Positions 1-12,356 of a stretch of DNA of 64,000 bases are shown piece by piece (positions within the stretch are counted from its first letter, which is position 1; the number at the start of each line of letters is the position of its first letter). Source of the stretch: Phoronis australis (lineage: Eukaryota; Animalia; Phoronida). Under the pieces are notes generated by a model, which was not told the DNA's origin, made no database searches, and saw only the letters and a program-made list of their open reading frames with translations. The translations under genes and the position numbers were made by a program. The stretch lies in contig NMRA01000020.1 of assembly GCA_002633005.1 (NCBI GenBank), positions 1,335,650 through 1,399,649 of the forward strand. The letters are read 5' to 3'.

Positions 1-2669
1 GCCACACACTCGGTAACCCTCCATTGCTTTGTACGTTGCGTGGACAGGTAGCGCTGCGTTCTTCACATGAACGAGCTAGCCAAGTACGGCGAGGTGTGTC
101 ATCCTTCGGAAAGCGACGCAAGATACCCAAAGCGCGTGTGAGACGATAATGAGTACATCCCGGCACGCAGCAACAGCGTGGCATGTTGACTGACTTGTAA
201 ACAAAAGCAAACGACGACCGCACTTATCACAAACGAGGTAGAACAATGACTGACTTGACAGCTCTCACAGTCAGACTATAATGAAAAGAAATTGGCTCGA
301 AACTCTTGCCTCCCAAAACGTCACTTCCGGAGTAGAGGACGAGAAATTAATCAAATTACAAAAAGCTGTAATCGAGTGAAAAATGTGTCTGGGATATTCA
401 ACGAACTTTATTTTTTCTAAAAGTGACATGAAAAAGGTTGCCTTCGCCTTTAAGCACGCCTGATTTGAAAGTTTGGCGGGTCGACCTTTGCAAAATATCA
501 AAGGTTCACTGTTCCAGAAATTCGAACCACCGCCTGCGCAATGCTGGCTACGGGAATGAGTACCCAAACGAACAAAAAGTCAAAACCGTGTACGCGTGCT
601 TTGATACGCCGTAAAATGTAACAATTTCGTGAAATGTAACAACTGCTACATTTTACGTTATTGTTATATTTTACTTCGCTAGGCCTCTCCTAAAATGTAA
701 CAAGTTGTTACATTTTATGTAATTGTTACAATTTACGTCAAAAGCACATGTGAGAAATATACCATTGTTACATTTTACGAAACGGACGTCTTATTTTATG
801 AGTTTGCATGGTATTTTTCACACGGAGGAAAATGGTTCATACACTTACCGCCTTCTTTCTCGGATTGGTTGAGTGAAATTCTATCAAATGTGCCAGCTAG
901 AATTTATAGATGTGTCCGTATGTGCTTTCCATTGTTTTTAACCTGGGTAGTTTCTTGGTATAGTAAAAATGTACCCCGTACAGTTTCAATTCCTGATGAA
1001 CGGAGCTTCCATGATCAGGTAATGCGTTTTTATTGTTAAAGCGTTCTTGCAGGCTTTTGTGGGCGGTCACAGGTCACACCGGCATTACATTAAACACACT
1101 TCCCCTGGTACCTCGTAAGCACAACAAAAACAATGACATTGTATTTTGGCTAATACAAGTATTTATCACAATTCTTTAGGAACAAACGGCAATAATTTTT
1201 TTTCACAGAGTATTGGCCAATTTGATAGAAAAACACCCGTTTTAATACACGATAGCTTGATTTATTTCAGCCAATGTTTTATTGCCTTGGAGTCATGACT
1301 AATGCTCCACACGAAAGGGACGAGACCAAAGTTTCTGATGGCGACGGATTGTGTTTACCACCTTAGTTACTAATAACAATTTCTTAAAGATATTCTTGTG
1401 GAGCGTGCTTTGAACAGCTAAAAGCTGAAAGAAATATAATTGTTCCTGTATTGTCAAACCTGTCTGAAATAGTTGTGGTAACAGATGAAACCGTGACGTG
1501 TATACGTAAAATGGGAGGCCTAGCTGGGGAAATAGAAAATATTTTGCCACTCTGAAAGGACACGGTCATTTTGCTCTGCCGGGTCTTCGTCGATAGTTTA
1601 AAGGGGCAACAGACTGGAAAAAGCTGACTGAGGGCCTTCCGGACTTCAAGAACATGCACTTTCTCTTTCTATTATCTTTTAAGATGAAAAATCAATTAAA
1701 ATTGCTATTTGGTCAATGATCGTTAGTCCGAATTAGGAACCAGGTTCCTATGTCCGAAGCACATATACATGTAAATAATATATTATAGCAGAAACTGGAC
1801 TTTCTCGTATTAATGGACGTGAAGCAACGTGTCTCATGAGGCACCATTTTTGTGTTGCAGCTCACTGTCAGCAACACACGTGGTTGTAGGCAGATAAGGA
1901 TCTTTGGTATATTAAACGTTTTGCTACATCGCACAAAAAGCGTATATTAAAGATCGCTGACTTCGACGTTGGCCGTTTTTGTTCCTTACAACCCACTTTT
2001 AATGAAACCTAGTTCAAATCATTCAGATAAATTACTGAATACTTTGGCTCGTTCCACATAAAATTGTCCGTTACCAGCTATTCTAATGACCCAGTGACCA
2101 CAGCCATAGCCGACTAGTCGCTAGATCTCAAAAATGTCTATTATTCAAAATTCAACTTAAAGCAATATTTGAACTTATATCGTGGAGCGAGCCCCAGTTC
2201 TTTGAAAAGGAATGTTTTCAACAAAAGACAAAAATGATTACACGGTGGGTATCTTCACGCTTACATGTAAGTCGCAAGTAAAGAGTGCAGTTTGAATACA
2301 GTTCTTCGGGGCAAACTACAGAAGGATAATACAATTTAATTACAAACAATGCCGTGCTTGTCGATAGATCATGAACAATCAATTTTGGAAATGGCGCACG
2401 ACTAAACAAGTTTTTAATTCTCAACCCCCTTGTTTCTAAAAAGTAGGCCTACTCTGCATTCACAGCTGTCATGACGTTTCTCACAATATCGTTAAGGTTG
2501 AACATAGGAACCTCTTTAAGCACTCGCTGTCCATTATGGGAGCCCGTGAAAACATTGAACAATAAATGAGATGATTTTAAAATCTTTGAGGATCATGATG
2601 TATTAGCACTTTGTTAAAACACGTATTGTACATATTGCACTGTGTCATTGTTAAATAAATTAAAAAATA

Positions 2670-2790
2670 TCAGTAATGATGATAATAATAATGATAACGA
2701 TACGGATAACTAATAATAGTAGTGAAAGTAGTAATAGTAGTAATGGCAGCAATAGCAGTAATAGTAGTAAGAGTAATAAAAGTGATAATG
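2670..2790. repeat. Degenerate (AAT/AGT)n trinucleotide low-complexity tract
   Basis: gataataataatgataac...agtagtaatagtagtaatggcagcaatagcagtaatagtagtaag read directly. Confidence 0.75.
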
Positions 2791-2815
2791 TGTAGCCAAA
2801 CTAATGCTGTGTCAG

Positions 2816-3091
2816 TCCGGAGGGCATTCCTGTAGAAGAGGTATACGAAATGTGCCGCCCAAAAGGATGTTTTTTCACAACAAAAATACGCTCCAAGATG
2901 GTGTCATTTATAACAATTGTCTAAAAGGGTGCCTTTTCTGAATTTCTGGAACAGAAAAGTGCGAAAACGTGATTTTTTACGCAAAATTAGTCTCCAAATG
3001 GGTCACTTTTTGTCCAAGCCCACTCTCTAAATGACAGGTATTCATTTTTTCGAGCGGCACCCCTTGTCCAAAAATACTCGAGTACCCCTAA
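2816..3091. mobile_element. MITE nested in the 602-3424 element
   Basis: Degenerate ends CCGGAGGGCATTC... / ...GAGTACCCC; direct repeat CTGTGTCAG on both flanks (2807-2815, 3092-3100). A similar ...CGAGTACCCCCCCG end occurs near 23250-23263. Confidence 0.55.
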
Positions 3092-4067
3092 CTGTGTCAG
3101 ATACTACTTGCTCGTGATTTTGGCCACTTTCTTTGAAATATGACGTTGGTTTCGTAAACTGTAACAATGGTACATTTCTCGCATGTGCATTCGACATAAA
3201 ATGTAACAACTATGTAAAATGTAACAAATTAAGAGAGGCCTAGCAACGTAAAATGTAACAATGACGTAAATGTAACAGATGACAATTGTCATATAGTGTT
3301 TGATTTTACTTTATTTCTGCTTCTGTTGGCGAAGGATGTTATTATATCCGAAAATTTCAGTGATCCAATTTTGTTGTTTTATTTACTTACATTTTACGAA
3401 ATTGTTTCATTTTACGGCGTATCAGTGCTTGTCTCGGGAGCAGCCTGCAGGATGAGCGGTTTTGTGCATGGAGGACTTGAGCTGATAATAACTTATAGTA
3501 TCTTTGGTATAGATTTCAGTTGTTTGTTACACGACTGCAGCCAAGAAGGACAAAGAACGTCTGTTCTAACCTTGCATTAGCAGTAAACAGGAAAGTAATA
3601 GATTATAGAGGTTACGTACCCTACAATATATTTGTGCCCTGGGCTGTTGCCACGGCCCTAACAACTGTAACTTTTCTTCTACATTTTTTAACAATTGGCT
3701 ACGCTATTACTGTAACATTGGATGAGGATGGTCAAAATACGAAAGACTGGGTGAGGAAGGCATTGGTAATTAACATTATAATGATTATATCGCATGGTTA
3801 GACAGCAAGATTTCCGAAGTCAAAACTAGTGTGGTCGCCAGGTGCCGCAGACGTAAGAATCTCGCGAAAACGCAAGATCAAGAACGAAATCCGATACTTC
3901 GCCCTAGTATTGTAAGTGAAGCTCCTTTGTCCGGTTGCATGAAACATTAGGTCGCAATTCCCTGTAAAGACCTTAGCTTTCAGTGTACATATACTGTATG
4001 CATCCATAAGGAAACGTTTTCGTTGGATTTGAATTAGATTTTTGGCTGATTTTGTCGGCTGGGGACG

Positions 4068-4326
4068 CATGCGCGCACCCAGCCTAAAATATAGGAAGGG
4101 CTCGGATTTTTCGGTAAGTGGACCTTTTACAGAAAAAAGAAAACGAGGACTAAAAAAACGGGGTACTAGGTTCAGACCTATGAATTCTGCATTCGCGCCT
4201 AATTCCTGTGGTCTTTTGTCTTTTATTTTCTCGGGCTTTTTCTTTGTCAGAGGCGGACCCTTTTGCCCAATTCGCCAAATGGGGGGCTCGTTCAAGCCCC
4301 CCGAGCCCCCCCCGGGTACTCGCATG
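4068..4326. mobile_element. CATG...CATG MITE with 5-bp TSD (hAT5-like)
   Basis: TIR CATGCGCGCACCC / GGGTACTCGCATG; flanking GGACG at 4063-4067 and 4327-4331. Confidence 0.7.
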
Positions 4327-4974
4327 GGACGCTATTTAGCTTGAACTATTTATGATGACCCCGATTGAAATTTCAGCGACGCCCAAAAATAAGCCGCCTG
4401 ATCATCGTGCTTAGGAATTTTCATCGGCAATTCTTTTTTGTTTTTCGAGCAGTAAAATTGCATTTTCAGGAACGACGCCTTGGATTAATGATTTCGGTAA
4501 CCCAAATGAACGAGCTCAATCAAATTTGGCGTTGTACTCGCGAATTTACTCCACCAGGAGACGGCTCACCAATTGTGAAATACGGCTTCTATCGTTGTAT
4601 ACGGCTTCTACCGTTGTATACGGATTAGCTCTACTTTCCCGTATTTCACAGTTAGTAACGTGACGTATACAGCATCCACATTCTCACATATATGGGATAA
4701 TGACTCTTTACTGCTTTCTTTCAATCACGATCAAAGTTTTGCGACAATGACGTCAACATAATTCACTTAAACAGTACACACCATGGATTTTTACACGTTT
4801 TAAATTACCGGTGGCCACAGACTAAATGTATGACGTAAAATTTAGCTAAACCTATGTTTATTTTGTGTAAGTAGCTCGAAATTTTGATTTTCCTTTCAAT
4901 TTTGCCAATTTTCACATTTCCCGCCATGTGACGCCATGGGTTGAACACAAGACATCAGTGACTAGCATTGAACA

Positions 4975-5242
4975 ATGGCGGAGAGCAGGGAATTTGAAAG
5001 TGACGACGATTATGAGCAAGAATTGAACGAATACTATGAAGAAACGTACGGGAATGATGGCCAGGATGAGGAAATGGGGTTGCACGAAAGCGAGAACAAG
5101 TTTAATGTGCTTCCGGCTGCGTACTTTTCTACTTTGAGCCTTATGAACTGGATCCTCCCGCGAGAGAAGCGGCCTCGGGCTCGGCGAGTCAACCCAGTCA
5201 TCCAACAGACGATCCTGAATTAAGAGCTGATGTTTCTGAATG
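4975..5242 (+). pseudogene. First-exon remnant of Kolobok accessory protein (KolX / P2X7 C-terminal ballast-like)
   Basis: Acidic N-terminus MAESREFESDDDYEQE..., then after a frameshift FEPYELDPPARE...ELRADVSE-TG followed by ATAAGT (decayed W|GTAAGT donor). Resembles the acidic/PYxFEP/R...W first exon of this family. Confidence 0.55.
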
Positions 5243-5256
5243 ATAAGTATTGTCCT

Positions 5257-5486
5257 TTATTGAACCAGGCCTTCATCGTAATGTCTCCTGTGACTGGAGT
5301 CGAAACACGAGTCCTCAAAGTGGGCAGAACACAGAGTGGCCCCGGACCGAATCGCTTGGTCCACGATGACGTCCCACACTCTCGTTCGGCGCACGAAGCC
5401 ATGCCACTTCTGCGCAACTTTCGGAACACCGAGACGTTTTCCGCCTGGCTGCCGTTGCTGCAGCCTCCGGAAACACATCTTTTGAT
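5257..5486 (-). pseudogene. THAP (C2CH zinc finger) domain remnant of Kolobok transposase
   Basis: KRCVSGGCSN (CxxxxC), frameshift, then PKVAQKWHGFVRRTR...ATLCSAHFEDSCF: THAP P, W and CxxHF hallmarks; no DDE domain follows. Confidence 0.8.
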
Positions 5487-6231
5487 GCCTCTACGAACCT
5501 TCTCGACGCTAAATGTACTTTGCTTTCTCTTCACGCTATACACTTTGTCTCTGATCCGAACAGTATGGCGAACGACTTGGGTTCAACCCATGACGTTGTA
5601 CATAACTATTACTTTTTTCAATTTTTGCGTGTTTCTTTATGAGCTGTGCACTAAAGGCACTGAAATCAAGTAAGATATAATAATAAAATTTATTTTGAGG
5701 TACTAGAGTCATGTTGTGTACACTTTAAAGATAACGTATAACACAGTTGCACAGGCCTCTCTAGCTGTCACGTCGAAAACATTTAGCCTAAGGGCATATG
5801 TCCAAGTCTGAGGCGGTTGGACCAGCTAGGCCGGCCTCCTGGGAGCACCACAGGGTCACCTCACGAAAATACTTGATTCTCATCAGAATTTGGAAGCAAT
5901 AGCAAAAAAACAAAAAACAAAAACAAGAAACGAATACTCCATTACTCCATTGAAACACTAACATATCCCAAATAAAAGTTGTACTAGTTGAGTATCCCGT
6001 TTTGGGCGTCCACGGCGTCTTTAAACGTACAGCAGACGAGGTCTTTCAAAAAGTCACTTCGAGTGGTGTATTGTTTCGTTCGATTAAAAACCAGCTTGAC
6101 AGTTTTACAGCAACGCGGAGGTTGACTTGAGACATTTCCGTTAATAATTATATTGCACACCAATCATCATCGCCAAACGTGCGGAGTTTTTTAACAGGTT
6201 TTCTTGAACTCATAGGTGTACATTCCAGTAT

Positions 6232-7665
6232 TTAAACAACGCTAATGTCGTTCAATTGAGCGATTGAGAGACTGGTTGAGGAGTGTATCAGCGGAGCAAA
6301 TATTGGAAAGCGAATAGTTAAAGGCAGAAGCAACATCCAAATAGAGAGGGCGAATGGAGAAAAGTTCAACCACTTCGGAAGTTTGGAAAGTGCGGGTGAA
6401 AACGTTTTCGAGATCGAAAGAGGCATGATCAGTGAGAAGGATGGAACTATCAGAAGACTGTGATAGTAGAGTGTTAGCCTTAGCCTCGGTCGAACGGTGA
6501 TGCGCAAGGGCAGACGAGCGCATGACTGCGCGCGGGAAACGGTGAATGCAATAGAATATGGCGTTATGGTAATAAAAGATGCGTAACGGCGAGTGCAGAA
6601 GCACGAGAAAGTTGCAATGGGCATAAGGGTACGTAAAGATAAGGACAGCGACAAATTTAAGGAGAGAAACAATGGGAGCCACGACTTGATCGGTTTAAAA
6701 CATTTTTGTATGGGAGCCAGCCCTGGTATACTTTTTACGAAACATTTCAGAGGCCTCAGTTGACTTCGCTTGAAGCAGTCTCGGAGAGTAGGCAGTGCAG
6801 TTATAGTTTTTTTGTACAGCGATCTAGACTTTTTTGGTTTCGGTTTGGGTTCCGCACCATCAATCAAAGGCATTTCTTCCTCCATGACTCCGTCAAGCTG
6901 CTCAAAGGGGTGTGAAGACGATTCACACGAATCTGTTGACATTGTGGAATCACCCAAAACAAGAATGTCCGCAACACTGTCTGGTTCCATTACAGTAGTT
7001 TCCGTCTTGCTCGTAAATTCGATGTTTTCATTGATTTGATTTTCGTTCGAATCTTCAAAGTCCGATTTTTCCACTGAAGGGATTTCTGTCATAGAGCTAC
7101 TTCGAAAACTACCGTTCACCTCTTCGAGTGTAGTGTTATACGGAGAAGTAATCCCGTGCGTATTCGGTATCACTGGCGTCAACGTTCCGGTGACATTTTG
7201 TGGAATCTTCGTATCAGTATGCGTAGCATTCCTGAGCGCTGTGTTAATCTTTTTTTTAATGATCTTTTTCTTTTTCTTCTCTCCACGGCCATGACTCTTC
7301 AGCACTTTTCGAAATGACAAGTACGGTGTACTTGCAAACAAAGCCCTTATCCAACTTTCGTCAAGACCAATCGGGCCACCGGAAAAAAGATACGTTAATA
7401 CCATAAGATACAATACAAGAAAGTTTTGGACGCTCTCGTTCAGATCTGACAGAAGATAAAAAACGCATCGAATAAAATAATAGAAATGACCGATCACCAC
7501 TTTCATACACAAAGCTGTCATTCGTCCTAATCGTCTGAGTATTGTCTTAGTATTCACGTTCTTTTGTTTTGAGTGTCTTTCATTCGTCGTCACGCTATGA
7601 ACAGGCGTTGGCTCCATACGCATTCTCTGCATGAGAACGGAGACGTTGTCCTTCGCATGATCCAT
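6232..7665 (-). CDS. Uncharacterised 477-aa intronless protein, paralog A (hydrophobic N-domain, polybasic patch, acidic S/T linker, beta-patterned hydrophobic C-domain)
   Basis: 1434-nt ATG-to-stop ORF; clear protein-level homology to 17805-18974 in two blocks, with synonymous divergence in this frame (RPRLRLTLY: 8 of 9 codons differ silently). Confidence 0.8.
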   Translation of the reverse strand: MDHAKDNVSVLMQRMRMEPTPVHSVTTNERHSKQKNVNTKTILRRLGRMTALCMKVVIGHFYYFIRCVFYLLSDLNESVQNFLVLYLMVLTYLFSGGPIGLDESWIRALFASTPYLSFRKVLKSHGRGEKKKKKIIKKKINTALRNATHTDTKIPQNVTGTLTPVIPNTHGITSPYNTTLEEVNGSFRSSSMTEIPSVEKSDFEDSNENQINENIEFTSKTETTVMEPDSVADILVLGDSTMSTDSCESSSHPFEQLDGVMEEEMPLIDGAEPKPKPKKSRSLYKKTITALPTLRDCFKRSQLRPLKCFVKSIPGLAPIQKCFKPIKSWLPLFLSLNLSLSLSLRTLMPIATFSCFCTRRYASFITITPYSIAFTVSRAQSCARLPLRITVRPRLRLTLYYHSLLIVPSFSLIMPLSISKTFSPALSKLPKWLNFSPFALSIWMLLLPLTIRFPIFAPLIHSSTSLSIAQLNDISVV

Positions 7666-7787
7666 AGTACAGGAGGTCTTCTGCGGACTTAGTTCTCAAC
7701 TGGTGTTGTAACATCTGATTAAGTAGTACGAGAATTCAGTAATAAATAGCTAGTGCGTGACACAGCTTTTGTAACATGGTGGTATTT

Positions 7788-7795
7788 ATTTGCAT
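7788..7795 (-). promoter_or_regulatory. Octamer motif ATGCAAAT upstream of paralog A
   Basis: Plus-strand ATTTGCAT about 120 bp upstream of the ATG; same motif and orientation upstream of paralog B (19224-19231). Confidence 0.35.
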
Positions 7796-8436
7796 TGCAG
7801 GCGCGTGCATGAACGGAAGAGGGTACATTGAAAATCGACTTACCGGGAGCAGCGATCAATGTGTCTCATGACTTCTCACTTGATGCAGGATAGTTAATTT
7901 TAATAGATAACGTACGAGTACGATTGTGAAGCAACGTGGGGCAACGTAAATATCCAGGTGTTAAGTTCAGGTAGATACCAAAGGGAAATAATGGCCTATA
8001 GCATATTGTGTATAAAAGTCAAACAACGTTGAAATTACTGTTTCTGCCATGTTAATTTATTCACTGGTCGCTATGTGACGACTCATCGCGTTGGCAACTT
8101 GTTCATGTGGGTACCAGGATTTTCAGCTTCATTGTTGCCGATTTAAAATTACCCCATTGCCAGCGAAATATAGTGTTGGTGAAATTGTTCGGAATTTAGG
8201 AATCAGAATAAAAGGGTATTTTAATATATCATCTGGCTATCCTGCAGGCGTGGGAGTACACCGCAGGATACAACACACAAAAACCTTTTCTATCGCACAA
8301 CACACAATATTTGTAAACTCATAGTTAAAATATTTGAGCTAGAGAGAGTCAGCACTGGGACCACAAAATATGAGAATCGCTCGAAACGATGAGTAATAAG
8401 CCAGAGTTGAACAGAGACAGCGGCCAGGAGTTACCT

Positions 8437-8817
8437 AGGCAACACGTAGCCCCTTGGTTGGTTATTTAGGGGCTTCAATACTTCCATTCGCTTTCTGTAC
8501 GCATTTCGTTATATGTATTTTAAACGGGCGGCAACCCAAATCGGTCATTGATTTTGAGTTTTCATGTCGTCAAAAATACATTCCACACTTAAAACTATCA
8601 TTTAAAAAGCGCTTACTTTCATCAGTGGTACTTTCTACTTCTATACATATCTTCGTAGAAGTTAAGTTGTGAGAATTAAGGTGATTTTGGCGAAGAATTC
8701 CAACTCCACTTTTTGGTTGCCGTTAACTTTTTCACGGCCACGCGCGCGATAATCACAAAGTATGTCAACTGAGTCACGTGAGTTAGGCAAAGGCTAGAAC
8801 GGGACTGAGCGGAGCGC
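8437..8817. repeat. Dispersed repeat, copy 1 (end of a probable Helentron/HINE-like element)
   Basis: Highly similar to 15291-15665 (GGGGCT.CAATACTTCCATTCGCTTTCTGTACGCATTTCG...GAGTCACGTGAGTTAGGCAAAGGCTAG); begins with hairpin GTAGCCCC...GGGGCTWC. Confidence 0.75.
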
Positions 8818-10550
8818 GCGTGACATTAGCGCGTGACATTTGCAAAATAGCGTGATAAGGTATCAGGTGAAATTTGTAAGATTTGTGTCCCTTGAACTTT
8901 TTATTCGTCAACATGCGTGATTTCACGTAACTTCCTCAAAATGGCACCCGGTAAGAGAAACTCGAGCAAACCGTGACAAATTTTCATCGATTTGTTCAAA
9001 TTATCTTGACTGAATCGTCTCCAGACTTATGGGATGAGTTGTTTATAACTCCACGTGCATATATGCATGTTTCATTCGATTTTGTTTCCTGTATTTTGAA
9101 ATGAGTAACTTTTTGTGGGGATGCATGTACTATCGCCCCTGTATGCCTGCGGTATCCAACTAAGTCATTTGAGTATGCGTCATGATCACATAAATTATGT
9201 GCCTGCTTGTGCATCTGTTCGCCATTGGGACAAAAAATTACATGAAACAGGTGAAAGTCAAGAATCAAATGCGTTTTTAGTGGCAACTCGACGAGTTGAA
9301 AATTTGCCGTGCGGCCACGTCGGATTCCAGAATGAGATCTGGGTCGTGGGATTTTGCCGCGCTAGTCGCAAAAAGTGACCTGGTCGAAGTAGAGCCGTCG
9401 AGGGCTGATTATACTCCAAACACCAAGGAAACTGCTTGTTTTCAGAAGCAAACACAAAATTTTCTCCTGGGCGGAAGAGGGCACCCCTCCCGACCTTCCC
9501 CCATTCGGCGCTACGCGGCTCTACAATAGCGCTTTTACATGTTCCAGTGTCTCCCGACTAATTTTTCTAAGGCTGAACGCAGCTTGTCACGACTTCTCCA
9601 GCTTTTAATTTGACTCCGTTGGCGCATGTTACTAGTTGCGTCACTGATCAGACCGAAAGCTCGGTATGTTATTTGTTTACAATAGTTATTTTTCGAACAT
9701 TCAAAGTGACTTGCGAATGTGGGCCCATTTTGTCAAAGGTTGTATGTCTGGTCGTAGTTAAGACGGTCGTAGACACGTTATCGCGAATGCAACGCTGATG
9801 TAAAGTTGGCCGTTATTTATATTCACATTTAACGACCGCCTCCGTAAACAGGGTCCCTGTAGAAATCAAAGTCCCCACCGTCTTAAATGAGACCAGGCGT
9901 ACTCATTTCGTAACACTGGTCCTGGTGATGTGCACTGAGCTTAAGCATAGAAACTATTACACAGCTCAGTAGTTGCTTTTTGTCACCAAAGCATCGTTTA
10001 TTGTTTACAAAAGAAAATGGCCCGCAGTACAAAATTATGAAACGAGAAGCAATATATTTCAACATATTTTCAATAAAATTTACATAATTACACTAAAACA
10101 TTTATTTACATGTCATTTGAACATCATTACGAAAAACGATATTCCAAAACAAAATTAGTAGTCCGAATCCAAAATTACAATTCATTAGCACACGTAGTTT
10201 TCACGGCGACACAGGTGAAGACGATGTCTGTCAACATGTCTTGATTTTTGCCTCAAACTCATGGACAAGCCATACACCATTAGATTCGGAAAAGGTTGAA
10301 ACACAGTTGTTGAAAATACATATACCGTGCAGTTGCCTATCCTATTTTGGTCGATATCCGAAACTGGATAGTGCATTTGAAAGAATTGATCAAGAATTTC
10401 GCACATGGACGCATGCGTTTAACACTTATGTGCATGACGTAAACTGTACGTTTCGTGTGCCTTTAGGCCTAACCATTCCTGTTCGTACGTTCATATATGC
10501 CTGGGAACTATAAATCATGTGTACTCATAAACACCGCCATCAATCGTTAA

Positions 10551-10889
10551 GGATACGTGTACCTCCATTTTACAAAAAATGCCATTAACAATATTGACTC
10601 TAACTATGGAAAATCCCAGACACGGTTTTTGAGCATTTTCATCAATGTTTCAATACAGAAAATTTGGTGAGTGCTGGTATAAGGACTCTGCATATCACTT
10701 CAAAAACGACATTTTTGCCTAAAACGCATGGTCGTGTGACCATGAGAATGGCACAGTGTTGTAAACGACTTGAATGGATTTGCCACGATTCTTTATTTCC
10801 CAAAATATATACTTTCATGAATTGACTGTCGCTAGTTACGCAGATATTTCAAGAAAAAGACAATATTCTAATCAGGAGTACACGTAACC
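10551..10889. mobile_element. TTAA-flanked MITE (Kolobok-like ends)
   Basis: TTAA|GGATACGTGTACCTCC ... GGAGTACACGTAACC|TTAA. Confidence 0.7.
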
Positions 10890-11197
10890 TTAAGCACGTC
10901 ACATTCAAAAACATCATTTACCAGGAAGACACGTTGGCCCATACATTGAATTTGTCGTTCATTCATTAACACGAGCGTTCGGTCTCACAGACGACAAACA
11001 TTTTCGTTACTTGTTGAAAGAAGCATTTCGCCAATGTTAAGCTGTCAATTTTAAATTCTTACCCGAAGCTTTTTGTGGTTTAAAAGATTACCACCTTCAT
11101 CTGATCTTAAATTGTTGCCGAGTGAGCAGGCAACTCAAGTGACAAGCAATTCATGCATTCACGATTTGCGAATTCGTAATTTTAAGATTGGCCAACA

Positions 11198-11344
11198 CAT
11201 GGGCGGCGCAGTACTGAAAAAAGTGGGCGGATATAGCCCTCAGCCCCCCCTCCCCCCTGTGGTGCACCACCCATAGACCATGGGTGGCGCAGCAATGAAA
11301 AAGTGGGGTTGTAGCCCCCCTCCCCCTATGGTGCGCTGCCCATG
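11198..11344. mobile_element. Head-to-tail dimer of a ~70-bp CATGGGCGGCGCA micro-MITE
   Basis: Two units CATGGGYGGCGCAG...GGTGCRCYRCCCAT; outer flanks CAACA (11193-11197, 11345-11349); related copies near 20123-20193 and 27550-27590. Confidence 0.65.
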
Positions 11345-11525
11345 CAACACCAGTAAACTCTGCCGCGTTATCTTGAGAGGCTGTTGGTTTCGATGTTTTT
11401 GATGGTAACAAAAACAGAAACCTATCACGATAAGGAATGACAGACCCATTTATAAGAGTAATTCGATTTTCGTTTTTAGCCAGATAAACGCAACTGCGGC
11501 GAATAATATACCTTTCAAAAGGCGG

Positions 11526-11758
11526 TTAGAAATTAATGCTGTAATAAAAGGAAATGTTACAAAATCCTACAAGAAAAAGCAAACACAGATAATTCATTAC
11601 GCTTGGCGACCTCCATCTGTAGGATGAGTTACAGTTCGCTCCCTCACAATAACACGTGATTTGTCGTTGATTGCCGCCAGATATTTCCGTACATCCAGGT
11701 TTCACGTCATCCTGGTTTAGCACACAAGTACGCTGCACGTTTTTCCTGTCATTGCCTC
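11526..11758 (-). CDS. Ly6/uPAR three-finger (quiver/sleepless-like) protein, last coding exon with GPI-signal-like tail
   Basis: Acceptor TTTATTGCAG|GA; encodes GNDRKNVQRTC...PGC...ITCYCEGANCNS then hydrophobic YLCLLFLVGF; CxCx4CN is the LU-domain terminal motif. Confidence 0.9.
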
Positions 11759-12209
11759 CTGCAATAAATAGGAAAATCACGTTACGCTACGTTATTCTCG
11801 GAGTACCTACAGCAATTCAAGTTGCAATCACTGTCATTGTTATCATCATCATCATCACTGTCGTGGCCATCGAAGTCATTTTCACCAGTAGCCGTCTTCG
11901 GAACCACACGAAAAAGTTGAAAAGAGACAAGAGAGACATCTATCAGTACTTGTGAGGCGGTAACGGGTTATTTTGAACTGTTCCCAGTATTCAGGAAAAT
12001 TTCGTTGTGCATTATCTGCGAAGTACATCTCCCGGCAGGGAATGGTCTTGATTTTTACTTTTGTTACACATTGTGTGGATTTTTTTGCAGAACAGTCTCT
12101 ACTGTTAGGACTAGACAGCGAATTTTGTCCGAATGACAAGTCACGAATATTACGCACTAAACATGTTAATTTTCAACTTAGCAAAACATTTAGAAGGATC
12201 GACGTTTAC

Positions 12210-12356
12210 CATAACTTGTGATAGTGGTTACTTTCAAGCATCCGTTTAAAGAGCATGTCAGTTCAAATTTCTTCTTGTTCTCCTCTTTGAACGGGTCACC
12301 ACACTCGGGATCTGAGGGGAACGCGCACGTCACGCAACGCTGAAGTTCAGCGGAAG
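12210..12356 (-). CDS. Ly6/uPAR three-finger (quiver/sleepless-like) protein, internal exon
   Basis: Not in the ORF track. TTCTCTTTCAG|...|GTAAAC, 147 nt, phase 1-1; SAELQRCVTCAFPSDPECGDPFKEENKKKFELTCSLNGCLKVTTITSY. Its 5 Cys plus 5 in the next exon give the 10-Cys LU domain; CxDPF and CxK are quiver-like. Confidence 0.9.

Larger units (their letters stand above)
602..3424. mobile_element. TIR DNA transposon (TG...CA ends, 6-bp TSD), decayed/non-autonomous; superfamily uncertain (IS3EU is one 6-bp-TSD candidate)
   Basis: Left end TGATACGCCGTAAAATGTAACAATTTCGT (602) is the reverse complement of the right end ACGAAATTGTTTCATTTTACGGCGTATCA (ends 3424) with one mismatch; subterminal AAAATGTAACA motifs mirrored at 610-790 and 3140-3290; identical flanks GTGCTT at 596-601 and 3425-3430. 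Confidence 0.85.
4771..5724. mobile_element. Kolobok-type DNA transposon, internal deletion derivative
   Basis: TTAA at 4767-4770 and 5725-5728; imperfect TIR ACAGTACACACCATG vs revcomp AGTGTACACAACATG; contains convergent KolX-like and THAP remnants. Confidence 0.8.

Noticed and set aside
300-560. CpG-rich segment with CACTTCCGG and TGCGCA motifs as a promoter for an off-window gene
   Set aside because: No exon or ORF in the window to attach it to, and such motifs are common in MITE interiors.
6242-6682. Overlapping alternative-frame ORFs (6242-6682 and 17941-18405) as a dual-coding system
   Set aside because: Much less conserved than the main frame, with different start and stop positions; explained by underlying DNA similarity.
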